Of a DNA stretch of 64,000 nt, positions 29,857 through 40,026 are shown one piece after another. The position numbers and the translations under genes were made by a program. The notes beneath the pieces were generated by a model. That model searched no databases. It saw only the letters and a list, made by a program, of their open reading frames with translations, and had not been told where the DNA came from. Source of the DNA: an uncultured Candidatus Saccharibacteria bacterium (GTDB lineage Bacteria; Patescibacteriota; Minisyncoccia; Phycocordibacterales; CAIZLB01); NCBI GenBank assembly GCA_964467385.1, contig CAYXQC010000003.1:37798-101797 (forward strand). Reading direction: 5' to 3'. Each line of letters begins with the position of its first letter. Position 1 is the first letter of the stretch.

Positions 29857-32143
29857 AGAGTTTTTTCGCCTGACGCCAAATCAGCAAAGCGCTCTCAGAA
29901 AAATTGGTATCGAGAGTATTCGCGATGTCTTGTATCATTTACCAAAAAGATACGAATATGCCTCGTCTGCGAAACTGATCCAAGACCTTGTCCCAGATGA
30001 ACATATCACCGTATATGGTCGCATAAGCGGACTTAAAACTGGAAAATCTTTTCGCACAAAAGTCTCAAAAGCGGAAGGAAAATTAAATGATGAAACAGGT
30101 ACTTTAAAATTACTCTGGTTTCATCAGCCGTATATTGCAAAGATTATTCAAGACGAAAGTCTCGTACGTGTTCATGGAAAAGTGAGTGAACGAAATGGGG
30201 AGCTATCGATGTTGAATCCCGAGATCGAGTCCATCTCGGCTATCCCAGATAATATCGGGCAAAATTTATTTGCTGATGCGATTGCAAATGGAGTTAAAAT
30301 CGAAAGTATCAATGGCGTCAATAATAGCACATCACTGACAACTCCGATTCCAATTTATCCAGAAAGCAAAGGGATCACATCGCGATGGTTCTATCATGCC
30401 GTGCAGAAAGTTTTCAAACATCCTGAATTCGCCCGTATTGAAGATCCTATACCTGAAGAAATTCGCAAAAAATACAATCTTCCCTCTTTGCAAACAGCAC
30501 TTGTATGGATTCATACGCCGAAAAAATCAGAAGATGCAAAAGTGGCCGAGAAACGCTTTGCTTTTGAAGAAATATTTTACATACAACTGCGCAATGAATT
30601 TACCCGTGCACTCCATGCTCGTGAAAAAAGTTTTGCTATTGAAAAACCAGCTAATGAAATAGATGCATTTACTGAGCGATTCCCTTTTGCTCTCACTGAA
30701 GGACAGCAAGTAGCTATCTCACATGTTTTAGCTGATTTTAAAACTGGTCACCCAATGTCGCGACTCCTCGAAGGTGATGTAGGATCTGGAAAAACTGCCG
30801 TTGCAGCCGTAACAACTTATGCATGTGTAGCTTCACGTCCACGTGGACAAAACTTTGGCACGCTTCAAGTTGCATATATGGCACCGACCGAGATTTTAGC
30901 GCGACAACATTTCGAATCATTTATTCAATACTTCAAGCACATGCCAATTTCGATCGGACTCATAACTGGGAATGGCTGTAGAAAATTTCCATCAAAAGTA
31001 AATCCTAGCGGTTGGACCGATATTTCTCGTGCGCAATTTTTGAAATGGGTAGCAAATGGCGAAATTTCAGTAGTAATTGGAACGCATGCACTTATTCAAA
31101 AAACTGTTCGTTTTAAACATCTCGCATATGTAATCATCGACGAGCAACACCGCTTCGGTACCGAGCAAAGACAAAAACTTGCTCGTAAAGAAAAAGTGAT
31201 GCCTCACCTTCTTTCAATGACAGCTACTCCGATTCCGCGAACACTCGCACTTACTATGTATGGCGATCTCGATCTGTCTGTGCTCGATCAAATGCCAAGC
31301 GGTCGTAAAAAAGTTATTACTGAAATTGTAAACAGCGGAGGTAGTGTGGGACAAAGATCAAATCGACATAAAGTATACGAACATATTCGCAGCGAACTTA
31401 AGGCAGGTCGGCAAGCATATGTAATTTGTCCACGTATCAACGAACCTGATCCAGAAAAAGAACAGACTGTCATGGCACGTTCCGTGAAAGAAGAAGCTAA
31501 GCGACTTCGTGAAGATACTTTCAAAGAATTTCGCATTGATATTATGCATAGCAAAATGAAACCGACAGAAAAAGAAGCCGTGATGGAAAAGTTTGCACGA
31601 CATGAAATTGATATTTTAGTTTCAACTTCTGTAGTTGAGGTGGGAGTGAATGTACCAAACGCTTCTGTAATTGTGATTGAAGGTGGTGAACGTTTCGGTC
31701 TTTCTCAGCTTCATCAGCTTCGTGGACGAGTGATTCGAGGAAATCATCAGCCGTATTGTTATGTATTTACAAGCGACAGCAAACGCGTTTCAAATGGGCC
31801 AAGTAAAGGTGCGACTGCAAAAAATCAAAGTTCAAGTAGTGCAGGCGCTGGGAAGAGTGACAAGACAATTGAACGTCTTCACGCATTGGCTACCGCCAAA
31901 AATGGTTTTGAACTAGCCGAACTCGACTTGGCGCAGCGAGGTGCCGGAGAATTATATGGCGGAAAACAATGGGGGCTTTCAGATATTGCCATGAATGCTA
32001 TTAAAAATCTCAAGATGGTTGAAGCCGCTCGAACTGAATCTCAAGCATTAGTGCGTGAGCATGAGACTATGGAAAAGTTAGCTACAGCCGTTCCGGCACT
32101 TGGTGCCATTTTGCAAAGCAAAAAGGAGGTACATATGGAGTAA
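29816..32143 (+). CDS. recG: ATP-dependent DNA helicase RecG
   Basis: Wedge OB-fold, GDVGSGKT, DEQHRFG, MTATPIPRTL, QLRGRV. Confidence 0.97.
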   Translation: MQNMINIFLSQSSKEFFRLTPNQQSALRKIGIESIRDVLYHLPKRYEYASSAKLIQDLVPDEHITVYGRISGLKTGKSFRTKVSKAEGKLNDETGTLKLLWFHQPYIAKIIQDESLVRVHGKVSERNGELSMLNPEIESISAIPDNIGQNLFADAIANGVKIESINGVNNSTSLTTPIPIYPESKGITSRWFYHAVQKVFKHPEFARIEDPIPEEIRKKYNLPSLQTALVWIHTPKKSEDAKVAEKRFAFEEIFYIQLRNEFTRALHAREKSFAIEKPANEIDAFTERFPFALTEGQQVAISHVLADFKTGHPMSRLLEGDVGSGKTAVAAVTTYACVASRPRGQNFGTLQVAYMAPTEILARQHFESFIQYFKHMPISIGLITGNGCRKFPSKVNPSGWTDISRAQFLKWVANGEISVVIGTHALIQKTVRFKHLAYVIIDEQHRFGTEQRQKLARKEKVMPHLLSMTATPIPRTLALTMYGDLDLSVLDQMPSGRKKVITEIVNSGGSVGQRSNRHKVYEHIRSELKAGRQAYVICPRINEPDPEKEQTVMARSVKEEAKRLREDTFKEFRIDIMHSKMKPTEKEAVMEKFARHEIDILVSTSVVEVGVNVPNASVIVIEGGERFGLSQLHQLRGRVIRGNHQPYCYVFTSDSKRVSNGPSKGATAKNQSSSSAGAGKSDKTIERLHALATAKNGFELAELDLAQRGAGELYGGKQWGLSDIAMNAIKNLKMVEAARTESQALVREHETMEKLATAVPALGAILQSKKEVHME

Positions 32144-32148
32144 ATGGT

Positions 32149-32284
32149 GGTCACGGATATTTTCTTGCTACCCGCTCTAAAATTCCTCGACCCTAGCTCG
32201 TCTATTTTTCCTACTGGAAAAATATGACTCCGCCTCGCCAAAAGTAAACAAAAACCCAGACTGCTCTGGGTTTTTGAATCTTTG
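32149..32284 (-). repeat. Terminator hairpin plus structured repeat downstream of tRNA-Ile
   Basis: Minus strand GGCGGAG...GAGCTAGGGTCGAGGAATTTTAGAGCG...CAAGAAAATATCCGTGACC is homologous to 36097-36183. Confidence 0.75.
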
Positions 32285-32358
32285 TGCGCGTGCATGGACT
32301 CGAACCATGGACCGCCGAGGTATAAGCTCGGTGCTCTAACCAACTGAGCTACACGCGC
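32285..32358 (-). tRNA. tRNA-Ile(TAT)
   Basis: GCGCGTG acceptor stem, TAGCTCAGTTGGTTAGAGC, anticodon arm CCGAG-CTTATAC-CTCGG, GGTTCGAGTCC, discriminator A. Confidence 0.93.
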
Positions 32359-32450
32359 ATCTTTGGAAGACAGCATTGATAATACCACCTTCCAACATTG
32401 TTTCAACTTCCACTTTCTACCGAACATTTTCGCAATATTGCGCCGGTACA

Positions 32451-34487
32451 CTACCCCACTATGGTCTGAGGCTCCTCCACTATAACCGCTTTCTTTTTTG
32501 GCATAATTCCGTTGGCAATCAAGATTTTTTCATACTCTGCTTGCTCAAGAGTTTCAGCTTCAACAAGCTCTTTAGCAATGGCATCGAGCGCTCCACGCTT
32601 TTCTGTAATAATTTTAAACGCACGATCGTATGCTGCATTCATGATTCCTGAGACTTCAGCATCAATAGTTGCACCAACCGTTTCTGAATATTCTTTATCA
32701 CTTACTCCAGCACCAAACATTGTTCTACCAGTAGCTGCTTCAAGTGCAATTGGACCGATCTTATCTGACATACCATATCGAGTCACCATATCGCGCGCGA
32801 GCGCTGTTGAAACTTGGAGATCGTTTGATGAGCCTGTTGTTAGATCGCCGAAAATATTTTTCTCGACTACATATCCACCAAGCGATACGACAATATCATC
32901 AAGAAATTCATTCTTTGATTGCATTCGTCGCTCTTCAAGTGGAAGCTTCATGGTGTAACCCGCAGCTCGGCCTCGAGAGATGATTGAGACTTTGTGCACG
33001 GGATCAGCATGTTCAAGAACAGAGGCAAGGAGCGCATGACCAGCTTCATGATATGCCGTGAGTTCTTTTTCTTTTTTGCTGAGCAAATGACTTTTTCGCT
33101 CTGGACCAATCATTACTTTTTCAATAGATCGGATGAGATCGTACTGACCAATCTTTGTTCTATTTTCTCGCGCAGCGACAATGGCCCCTTCATTCATTAA
33201 TGAATACAAATCAGCACCTGAGAATCCAGGAGTTCTTTCAGCTACCACTTCAAGATTTACATCTTCAGCAAGTGGCTTGTTTTTTGCATGTACATGAAGA
33301 ATTGCCAATCGATCACCTCGATCAGGAAGGTCGATAGTTACCCGTCGATCAAATCGTCCCGGTCTAAGGAGCGCAGGATCAAGCACATCCGGTCGGTTTG
33401 TTGCAGCCATAACAATCACTTTTTCATTTGGTTCGAATCCATCCATTTCCACCAAAATCTGGTTTAAAGTTTGCTCTCGCTCATCATTTCCACCCCCAGT
33501 TCCCACTCCTCTACTTCGTCCAACCGCATCAATTTCATCAATGAAAATAATAGCAGGTGCAGTTGTCTTGGCTTGTCGGAAAAGATCTCGCACTCGTGAT
33601 GCGCCAACACCTACAAACATTTCTACAAATTCTGAACCTGACATTGAGAAGAACGCTACACCAGCTTCACCAGCAACCGCTCGTGCGAGCAAAGTCTTTC
33701 CAGTTCCCGGTTGACCCATAAGTAAAATTCCTTTAGGAATTCGTGCGCCAATATCAATGAATTTTTTAGGATTTTTTAGGAAGTCTACAATTTCTGAAAG
33801 TTCCGACTTCGCTTCTTTGGCACCAGCCACATCTTTAAATGTAATCTGCACTTTATTGTCCTCTGGCAAAGTGAGTCGTGCACGTGACTGACCAAAACTC
33901 ATCGCTTGCATACCCGCACCACGAACTTGTCGAGTTAAAAACCAAACCATGAAAAGGAAAATCAAAATCGGAAATGCGAATGGCAAAATATTTCCAAGCC
34001 AATATGCAAGTCCGGTATCGGATACACTTTCGATTTTCACAGTTGCCAACTTTTCTTTTGGTACACCAAGATTTGAAAGTGTCTCTGTAAGTGAACTCTG
34101 TGTTTCTTTTTTAGATTCCTTCACTGACTTGTCGAGGTATGTAACAGTAAGATCATCATCAGTTACTTTCACACTTTCAACTTTTCCATCAGCAATATCA
34201 GTTGCGATCTGACTAATGGCCACCTTTTCCGTTTCAACCTGCTTATCAGCTACAAATGTATAGAGTGAGATAAGGGCGACAAAAATCAAAAAAGCTCCGA
34301 ACACATTATTGAAAAAACTTCGTCGTACTTCTTTTCTCGACGGCTTGTTTTTAGATGAATTGGACGAGTTTTGGCTCTGCGAGTTTGTAGAATTCTGAAC
34401 TTCTCCATGCTCATTTTCTTTAGATACTTCAATTGGATTATCACCTTTTTGGCCTTTATTTTGAGGTTTTTTTGATTCTTTCATCAT
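32451..34487 (-). CDS. ftsH: ATP-dependent zinc metalloprotease FtsH
   Basis: Two TMs, [29 protein letters not shown]. Confidence 0.97.
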   Translation of the reverse strand: MMKESKKPQNKGQKGDNPIEVSKENEHGEVQNSTNSQSQNSSNSSKNKPSRKEVRRSFFNNVFGAFLIFVALISLYTFVADKQVETEKVAISQIATDIADGKVESVKVTDDDLTVTYLDKSVKESKKETQSSLTETLSNLGVPKEKLATVKIESVSDTGLAYWLGNILPFAFPILIFLFMVWFLTRQVRGAGMQAMSFGQSRARLTLPEDNKVQITFKDVAGAKEAKSELSEIVDFLKNPKKFIDIGARIPKGILLMGQPGTGKTLLARAVAGEAGVAFFSMSGSEFVEMFVGVGASRVRDLFRQAKTTAPAIIFIDEIDAVGRSRGVGTGGGNDEREQTLNQILVEMDGFEPNEKVIVMAATNRPDVLDPALLRPGRFDRRVTIDLPDRGDRLAILHVHAKNKPLAEDVNLEVVAERTPGFSGADLYSLMNEGAIVAARENRTKIGQYDLIRSIEKVMIGPERKSHLLSKKEKELTAYHEAGHALLASVLEHADPVHKVSIISRGRAAGYTMKLPLEERRMQSKNEFLDDIVVSLGGYVVEKNIFGDLTTGSSNDLQVSTALARDMVTRYGMSDKIGPIALEAATGRTMFGAGVSDKEYSETVGATIDAEVSGIMNAAYDRAFKIITEKRGALDAIAKELVEAETLEQAEYEKILIANGIMPKKKAVIVEEPQTIVG

Positions 34488-34654
34488 GGGATGAGTATAC
34501 AGCAATATATATAGTATTGAAAGATTTGCTATACTGGCTAACAACCAGACGTTTTGAGGCAAAAACGGTGACAAAAGTCCTCAAAAAAGGGGCAAAAAAG
34601 CAATAAAACACCGATCGAAGCAGTGCAGCCAAACGTCGAACAAGCAAAGCTAAC

Positions 34655-35122
34655 ATGAAGCATCAGACCACTTATATTCATAACAAAAAGGCACTCTTTA
34701 ACTACGAAATCCAAGACACTATCGAAGCCGGAATCGAGCTTTTTGGTCATGAGGTCAAGTCAATCAAAAACAACCAAGGGTCACTCGAAGGTGCGTACGT
34801 GATTGTACGTGGAGGCGAAGCATATCTTATCAATATGAACATTCCTGCGTATCAAACTGGAAATATTCCAGCAGATCATGAACTAACACGAAACCGGAAA
34901 TTAATTCTCCATAAAGAAGAAATAAAGAAATTGGCAGATGTCGGAGACAAAGGCGGCAAAGGAAATGGTGGTTTAACTATCATTCCCCTTTCTATATACA
35001 ACAATCGTGGACGCATCAAGGTTGAGATCGCAATCGCTCGCGGTAAGAAAAAAATTGATAAGCGTGAGACTATTAAAAAACGAGAAACTGATCGTGAGAT
35101 ACGGAGGGAAATGAAGAGGTAA
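34655..35122 (+). CDS. smpB: SsrA-binding protein SmpB
   Basis: NKKALFNYEI, AGIELFGHEVKSI, RGKKKIDKRETIKKR. Confidence 0.97.
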   Translation: MKHQTTYIHNKKALFNYEIQDTIEAGIELFGHEVKSIKNNQGSLEGAYVIVRGGEAYLINMNIPAYQTGNIPADHELTRNRKLILHKEEIKKLADVGDKGGKGNGGLTIIPLSIYNNRGRIKVEIAIARGKKKIDKRETIKKRETDREIRREMKR

Positions 35123-35269
35123 GTTTTACAAGTCGCCGAGTTTATAAACATAAATAAGAGTACCCCGGAAACCTTTATGGTCGCCGGGGCGGGCCGTAGC
35201 CCAAATTTTTTTACTTTTGCTTTTTTGCCCTATTTTGGGCTTTTTCTTTTCTTTTCTTTTTCCTTTTTA

Positions 35270-35432
35270 TTCCAGTGCCCACAAAGTGAGCGACCACACT
35301 TTCACATCAACCCAATACACTTACCTCTGATACTTAGATGTGTTACGCAAAAAACATTACGTAGGTGGAGTCCGGAGCTTGTAAGGCATGACTCTACACG
35401 GCCATCCAGAACTATATACCTGTATGAACAGT
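35270..35432 (-). ncRNA. Candidate structured RNA between smpB and ssrA
   Basis: Consensus TTGACA-16-TATAAT directly upstream; ends can pair (GTTCTGGATGGCC with GGGCACTGGAAT); no sizeable ORF. Confidence 0.4.
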
Positions 35433-35438
35433 GAACAT

Positions 35439-35487
35439 ATTATACATAATAATATAGTATTGTCAACCTACAAGAGCGTGGTATACT
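35439..35487. promoter_or_regulatory. Overlapping divergent sigma70 promoters
   Basis: Minus strand TTGACA(35466)-16-TATAAT(35444); plus strand TTGTCA(35460)-16-TATACT(35482) pointing at tmRNA. Confidence 0.75.
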
Positions 35488-35585
35488 TTCCCCGTTTGCA
35501 AGGTTTGTACCTTTCAGACGTCTTTGAAAAAGTAGGCTCTTGAAGCGAAATTTATCGCAGATAGGAAGCCTCACATAGACACAAT

Positions 35586-36024
35586 GGGGATGACAGGCAT
35601 CGACATGCAAGTTCCCTTGTTTGTGCGCAATCGAGTATTCTGAAACCTCGCTAAACTTTCAGGAAACCTAAGTGCTAACGCACGAAAAGCAGTCGCTTCT
35701 CCATTCTATGGAGTAAACGATTTTGCATTTGCTACAGCCCGAGCCTAACTTCGGTTACTCCGCTCTAGCAACATCTCGCTTCTCTTTTTTCGCTGGAGAA
35801 GTTGGGGTGATATACCCGCGAAATAGGCTGGTGAGTTTCTTCACTCAACTACCGAAACCTTAGAAGATCGGTTTGAAAATGTTTTGTGTATTTCCTAGTT
35901 TTCAAACTTAAAGTCGTGACGCGGACATCTTCGGGTGACGCCTCTCTCGGCGAGAAATACAACACGTTGCGTAGACTCACTCAAGAACCTTACATGCACG
36001 CGAGTTCGAATCTCGCCGTCTCCA
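35586..36024 (+). ncRNA. ssrA: tmRNA
   Basis: 5' GGGGATGACAGGCATCGAC, 3' GCGAGTTCGAATCTCGCCGTCTCCA with G3-U pair; tag frame 35674-35748 ANARKAVASPFYGVNDFAFATARA*; adjacent to smpB. Confidence 0.95.
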
Positions 36025-36026
36025 CA

Positions 36027-36202
36027 GTAATACAAAAGGCCGACCTGCGTCGGTTTTTTGTATTACCTAGTTTGAGAGAGACAGAGAGACGAGAAAGGCG
36101 GAGCTAATGTCGATTCAGCAGACGAGACAGCGAGCCGGGGTCGCGGAAATTTCTGAGCGATGGCGAAGAAATTATCTGTGACCGAATCTCGCCGTCTCCA
36201 CA
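36027..36202 (+). repeat. Terminator plus structured repeat ending in a copy of the tmRNA 3' end
   Basis: CGAATCTCGCCGTCTCCACA occurs at 36007-36026 and 36183-36202; hairpin GGTCGCGGAAATTT...AAATTATCTGTGACC. Confidence 0.85.
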
Positions 36203-36273
36203 CAAATAAAATAACCACCTTACGGTGGGTATTTTATTTGTACTGATTCTATGGCTTTCAAGAAAAGATAACC

Positions 36274-37014
36274 CTATCTCGCCAAAATATGATTCTGTAC
36301 ATGAAGCACAACCGTTTCTGAAAGTGTTGGAGTCGCTGTATCCGGCTCACCATTTTTCCGATCAAGGTACGAGACACTCAGGTTATAACCTGTAGCACTA
36401 ATCATATATGCCAACTGTTTTGGTTGGTAAGCTGCTTTTTCATTCGGAGTTGCTGTAACACTATTCAAGATCACCCGATCACCGATTGAAATTGCCCCGC
36501 TGTACATAACTGCTTGGCCCACATTTCTAAAAAGCGCCACATGCTTGATCTCAGCGAGCTGTCTGTCCTGAGTTACTGTCATTTCTACAAATACATCATA
36601 TCCACTATCGGTTGCAACTTTTCCGAGAATTTTTCCAATAGTCACTTTTCCTTTAATTGCACTGTCAGTGTAATTTGCTACACCACCAGAAAGTGTAACT
36701 TCAGCACCAGTCACAGGCACTTTGATTTTTGCAGTATTAATAAGAGCGAGTAGGCTTGCATCACTTGGAGCTACTGGAAGTGAAGTCTGTCGAGAGGTAC
36801 TTGTTGTTTTGGTTTTTGAAGAATTTGAACCAGTTGCACCTACTCCATTTACACTAGTCGATGAAGCACTCATGTCTCCATCTTCTATAGTCGACCCATT
36901 CTGCAAATCAGCTGCACTTTTTCCAAAAGGATTCATTCCAGCTACGCTGAAAATGATACCAACAACCACAACTGCTGTCACAATAATTAACACGGTCTTA
37001 AGATTTGAATTCAT
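36274..37014 (-). CDS. Hypothetical membrane-anchored protein
   Basis: N-terminal TM, S/T-rich linker, beta-rich domain (IGDRV...YLDRKNGEP). Confidence 0.75.
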   Translation of the reverse strand: MNSNLKTVLIIVTAVVVVGIIFSVAGMNPFGKSAADLQNGSTIEDGDMSASSTSVNGVGATGSNSSKTKTTSTSRQTSLPVAPSDASLLALINTAKIKVPVTGAEVTLSGGVANYTDSAIKGKVTIGKILGKVATDSGYDVFVEMTVTQDRQLAEIKHVALFRNVGQAVMYSGAISIGDRVILNSVTATPNEKAAYQPKQLAYMISATGYNLSVSYLDRKNGEPDTATPTLSETVVLHVQNHILAR

Positions 37015-37240
37015 TGTATATACTTAATATTAAGGCTGATTTTAAGCCGAAGCCAAGGCTCTAATCAAACGAGCTAAAGGCTCTGCCAAAATGAGCTAAT
37101 ACTATAAGTCTACACCCTCCGTAGTAAATTGCATACCGTAAAAGTATAGCAAATTGACACCTTACCTCTAAACTTATACGCTTACATTCAGATCAAAAGC
37201 ACATCACAACGAGTAACCAAAATATAGAGAGGAAATCGAA

Positions 37241-38269
37241 ATGGAACCGCAAACTGAACCCATAAAAACAGAATTGACAAAAACGATCGAACAAATTAGG
37301 GGGATAGCTTTACCCGTCCTACCAATACCTATATCTGTTCGCCGAATCACTGAGGATGACAGACAAAACGGGTGGCACAGAAACAACCGTTCAGGTTGGG
37401 TCACGGAAAAACCATTGGTGCGCTTTGGAGATATTCCAACCATCAACATTCCCTGCCCGACAATAAGAAAACCGGTCGGACCAGATCAGGTGCAATACAG
37501 TAGCCACGAATGTATTGTCGCACTATCGAACCATCTAGGATTCGAAGCTTCTGAAAGCTTTACTGACGGAACCTTACCTCCCTCCACATACGACGCTTTC
37601 AATATGTCGCGATTTGGAATCTTCCGTTTTGAATCTGATCAAGTCACATCGAAAGATGTGCTGGCTTTTTTTACAGCAAATCACATCAAACGAGCCACAA
37701 CCCGCGATCTTCTTATGTTTGAAGAACATTACAAGATGGTTGTTGGTGATAAATTGATCGCACTCGGATGCTCAAATGCAAGTCAAATAGAGCTGGCAAC
37801 CAGCGGTATCTGCAGCTTGCACAACATAGCGAGAAAGATAATCGGTTCAAAAAAATACATCGATCCGCGAAAAATATCCTATCCAATGCTCGCAAAACCA
37901 AGAAGACACGAGCTTAGACTCGATCTGACACACGATCATCCAACTCCCTGGAATTGCGAACATCTCTTTCTTGGAAAGATCATGTGCATAGCGAAATACG
38001 ACGAGTGGATGAACCGTCTGGCTATATCCCTCAAAGAATATCGAGCGTTACCCACACGGGAGAAACTCCCGAAAAACCCATTCTGCAAAGAATGTTTAGG
38101 TAAACGCTATGTTACGGAACAAGGTTGGGTCTGCGAGATCATCAGAGGAGAGGAGGTAGACTATCAGCAAGCACTTCTGCAAGGATTCGACCCTGTTCAC
38201 ACCATTCCGGATTACGCCGGACGAATGTACAGACCAGTCTTCACTGAACTTGGTCTTGCACGTTCGTAG
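37241..38269 (+). CDS. Hypothetical protein
   Basis: 342-aa ORF with upstream TTGACA-17-TACGCT, GAGG RBS and a downstream terminator. Confidence 0.7.
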   Translation: MEPQTEPIKTELTKTIEQIRGIALPVLPIPISVRRITEDDRQNGWHRNNRSGWVTEKPLVRFGDIPTINIPCPTIRKPVGPDQVQYSSHECIVALSNHLGFEASESFTDGTLPPSTYDAFNMSRFGIFRFESDQVTSKDVLAFFTANHIKRATTRDLLMFEEHYKMVVGDKLIALGCSNASQIELATSGICSLHNIARKIIGSKKYIDPRKISYPMLAKPRRHELRLDLTHDHPTPWNCEHLFLGKIMCIAKYDEWMNRLAISLKEYRALPTREKLPKNPFCKECLGKRYVTEQGWVCEIIRGEEVDYQQALLQGFDPVHTIPDYAGRMYRPVFTELGLARS

Positions 38270-38302
38270 TTACACTGACAGTTGAACACGACATACAACT
38301 CA

Positions 38303-38338
38303 AAATCCCTGATAGCTTCACGGCCGTCAGGGATTTTT
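38303..38338 (+). terminator. Intrinsic terminator
   Basis: AAAATCCCTGATAGC-TTCACG-GCCGTCAGGGATTTTT. Confidence 0.75.
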
Positions 38339-38383
38339 AATTTCTCCTACCTGCTATAGAAATAGACTATTGTTTCTTTTGAA

Positions 38384-38809
38384 TTATAATTTCTCAGCTT
38401 GAACCGGCTCGTTCTTTTCGTCAGACTTGTCATGATGTTCTCCGTTTGCATGGTGTGTCCCATTGTGATGCATTTTATTTTTTGGTTGGAACCACACTTT
38501 GGCAAACCAAATCATGTAGACCAATTCAAGAATACCACACGTATTGATAAGAAGGAGCGCGATAAACCACCACTTTTCATTCCTCTTTGCTGCAGTCCAA
38601 AGTGAGTAACCTTTGAGAGCAACTAAAGCAAGAAACAACACAAGTCCAATAATAAAGAAGATAGACAGTGTAAACATCCCAATCGGACCGAATCCGCCCC
38701 AGAAAGAGTCAAATCCACCGAAATCTCCACCACGTGCCCACATGAAGCCATGTCGACTACTGAAACCATTACCGCCACTTAACATGTAAAAATCGTTGAA
38801 ATTATTCAT
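38384..38809 (-). CDS. DUF5652-like membrane protein
   Basis: LKGYSLWTAAKRNEKWWFIALLLINTCGILELVY. Confidence 0.8.
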   Translation of the reverse strand: MNNFNDFYMLSGGNGFSSRHGFMWARGGDFGGFDSFWGGFGPIGMFTLSIFFIIGLVLFLALVALKGYSLWTAAKRNEKWWFIALLLINTCGILELVYMIWFAKVWFQPKNKMHHNGTHHANGEHHDKSDEKNEPVQAEKL

Positions 38810-38844
38810 ATATGTTTGATTATGACCCTAATTATACCCCTTAA

Positions 38845-38872
38845 AAGACGCTAGGCAACGCCTTCACATACC
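38845..38872 (-). promoter_or_regulatory. Putative ECF sigma promoter GTATG-N16-CGTCTT
   Basis: Minus strand GGTATG TGAAGGCGTTGCCTAG CGTCTT. Confidence 0.65.
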
Positions 38873-38942
38873 AACCCTTGATGCTCTAGGCCTGATGGAT
38901 GCAAAAGTTCAACCTTCGCCACCTTATGATCACCACGATCTG

Positions 38943-39974
38943 TTAGTACCCAAACACACCCATCAATTCGCCTGAATAATAGAACTCATACGCAAGACCT
39001 CCAAATGTATATGTCTCCCCTTCTACTACAACTGATGAACCTGCAACTTGAGGATTCGGCTTTGGATCTGATTTTTCAAAACCTAGATTGAAAATAGTGG
39101 CAATAATTTCTGGTCGATACTGTATATCAAATCCAGCTCGATTCCACTGTTCGATGATCTGTCGTACAAAAAGTGCAGTGTATAAATATGAATAATAATG
39201 ATCACGAGCATCAGTTAATCGTGCAAAGCGTAAATCACCTATTGTGGTAGAAGTCGCTTCGAGAAGATGTTCATAAGATTTTCCAAGATAATAAGGAGAC
39301 GAAGAATCCTTCAAGTGATCCTCAATAAGTTCTGCCGTTTCTGGTTTTACACCACTTACACCAAGTGAAAATTGAGACAGACTTCCAAGAATCTTCAGAG
39401 GCTCGAAGAATTTTTTAAATGACTCCCTGTCGGATGTAAAAAATCGCATTTGCTCAGCAATAACCACACTCACCAAAAGTCGTGGAGAAATTCCAGCAGT
39501 ATTTGAGGCTTTTTTGATAACATCTTTATCTTTAATCAAAGCCGCAGAAAGTGTTTGCCATTCGCTACTTTGAATCCAGGTAAATTTTTTATCAGGAAAT
39601 GCTTGTTTCCGAATTTTTGCGAGATTATCACGAAGTGCATTTTGCAAAAGAGCGACCGTGTATAGATTCTCTGCCTGCCACTCTTCACTGATAGTGCGAA
39701 CATCTTCCGCTTCAGGATTTGCCCCTTGATGAAAAGTAGCCTTTGCTCGATCAAAAAATTGATTTCGTTCATCGATCGAACCTCTCACATTAAAAAGTCC
39801 AAATTTCATTCCAAAAAACACAATAAAGAAAATAGCACCAAGCGCAGCACAAAGCGCAAAAACGATTTCAAAAATAAAAGAAAATCGATGTTCCTGTAGC
39901 GTCTTATACACCGCATTTCGTGTCACAGAATATAGATACGAGAGTTTTGAAAAAATTTTTATAAAGGTCTGCAT
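38943..39974 (-). CDS. Membrane-anchored protein, possible lysozyme-like fold
   Basis: TM, then AGISPRLLVSVVIAEQ, SLGVSGVK and ATIFNLG, which resemble lytic-transglycosylase-like motifs. Confidence 0.55.
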   Translation of the reverse strand: MQTFIKIFSKLSYLYSVTRNAVYKTLQEHRFSFIFEIVFALCAALGAIFFIVFFGMKFGLFNVRGSIDERNQFFDRAKATFHQGANPEAEDVRTISEEWQAENLYTVALLQNALRDNLAKIRKQAFPDKKFTWIQSSEWQTLSAALIKDKDVIKKASNTAGISPRLLVSVVIAEQMRFFTSDRESFKKFFEPLKILGSLSQFSLGVSGVKPETAELIEDHLKDSSSPYYLGKSYEHLLEATSTTIGDLRFARLTDARDHYYSYLYTALFVRQIIEQWNRAGFDIQYRPEIIATIFNLGFEKSDPKPNPQVAGSSVVVEGETYTFGGLAYEFYYSGELMGVFGY

Positions 39975-40026
39975 GAGATGTGCTATCTTATATACTGTAT
40001 TATATACAGATATACCACATATCGCT

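Noticed and set aside
36183-36202. Second tRNA or tmRNA gene, or an integrated island at ssrA
   Set aside because: Only the last 20 nt are duplicated and the ~155 bp between copies encodes nothing.
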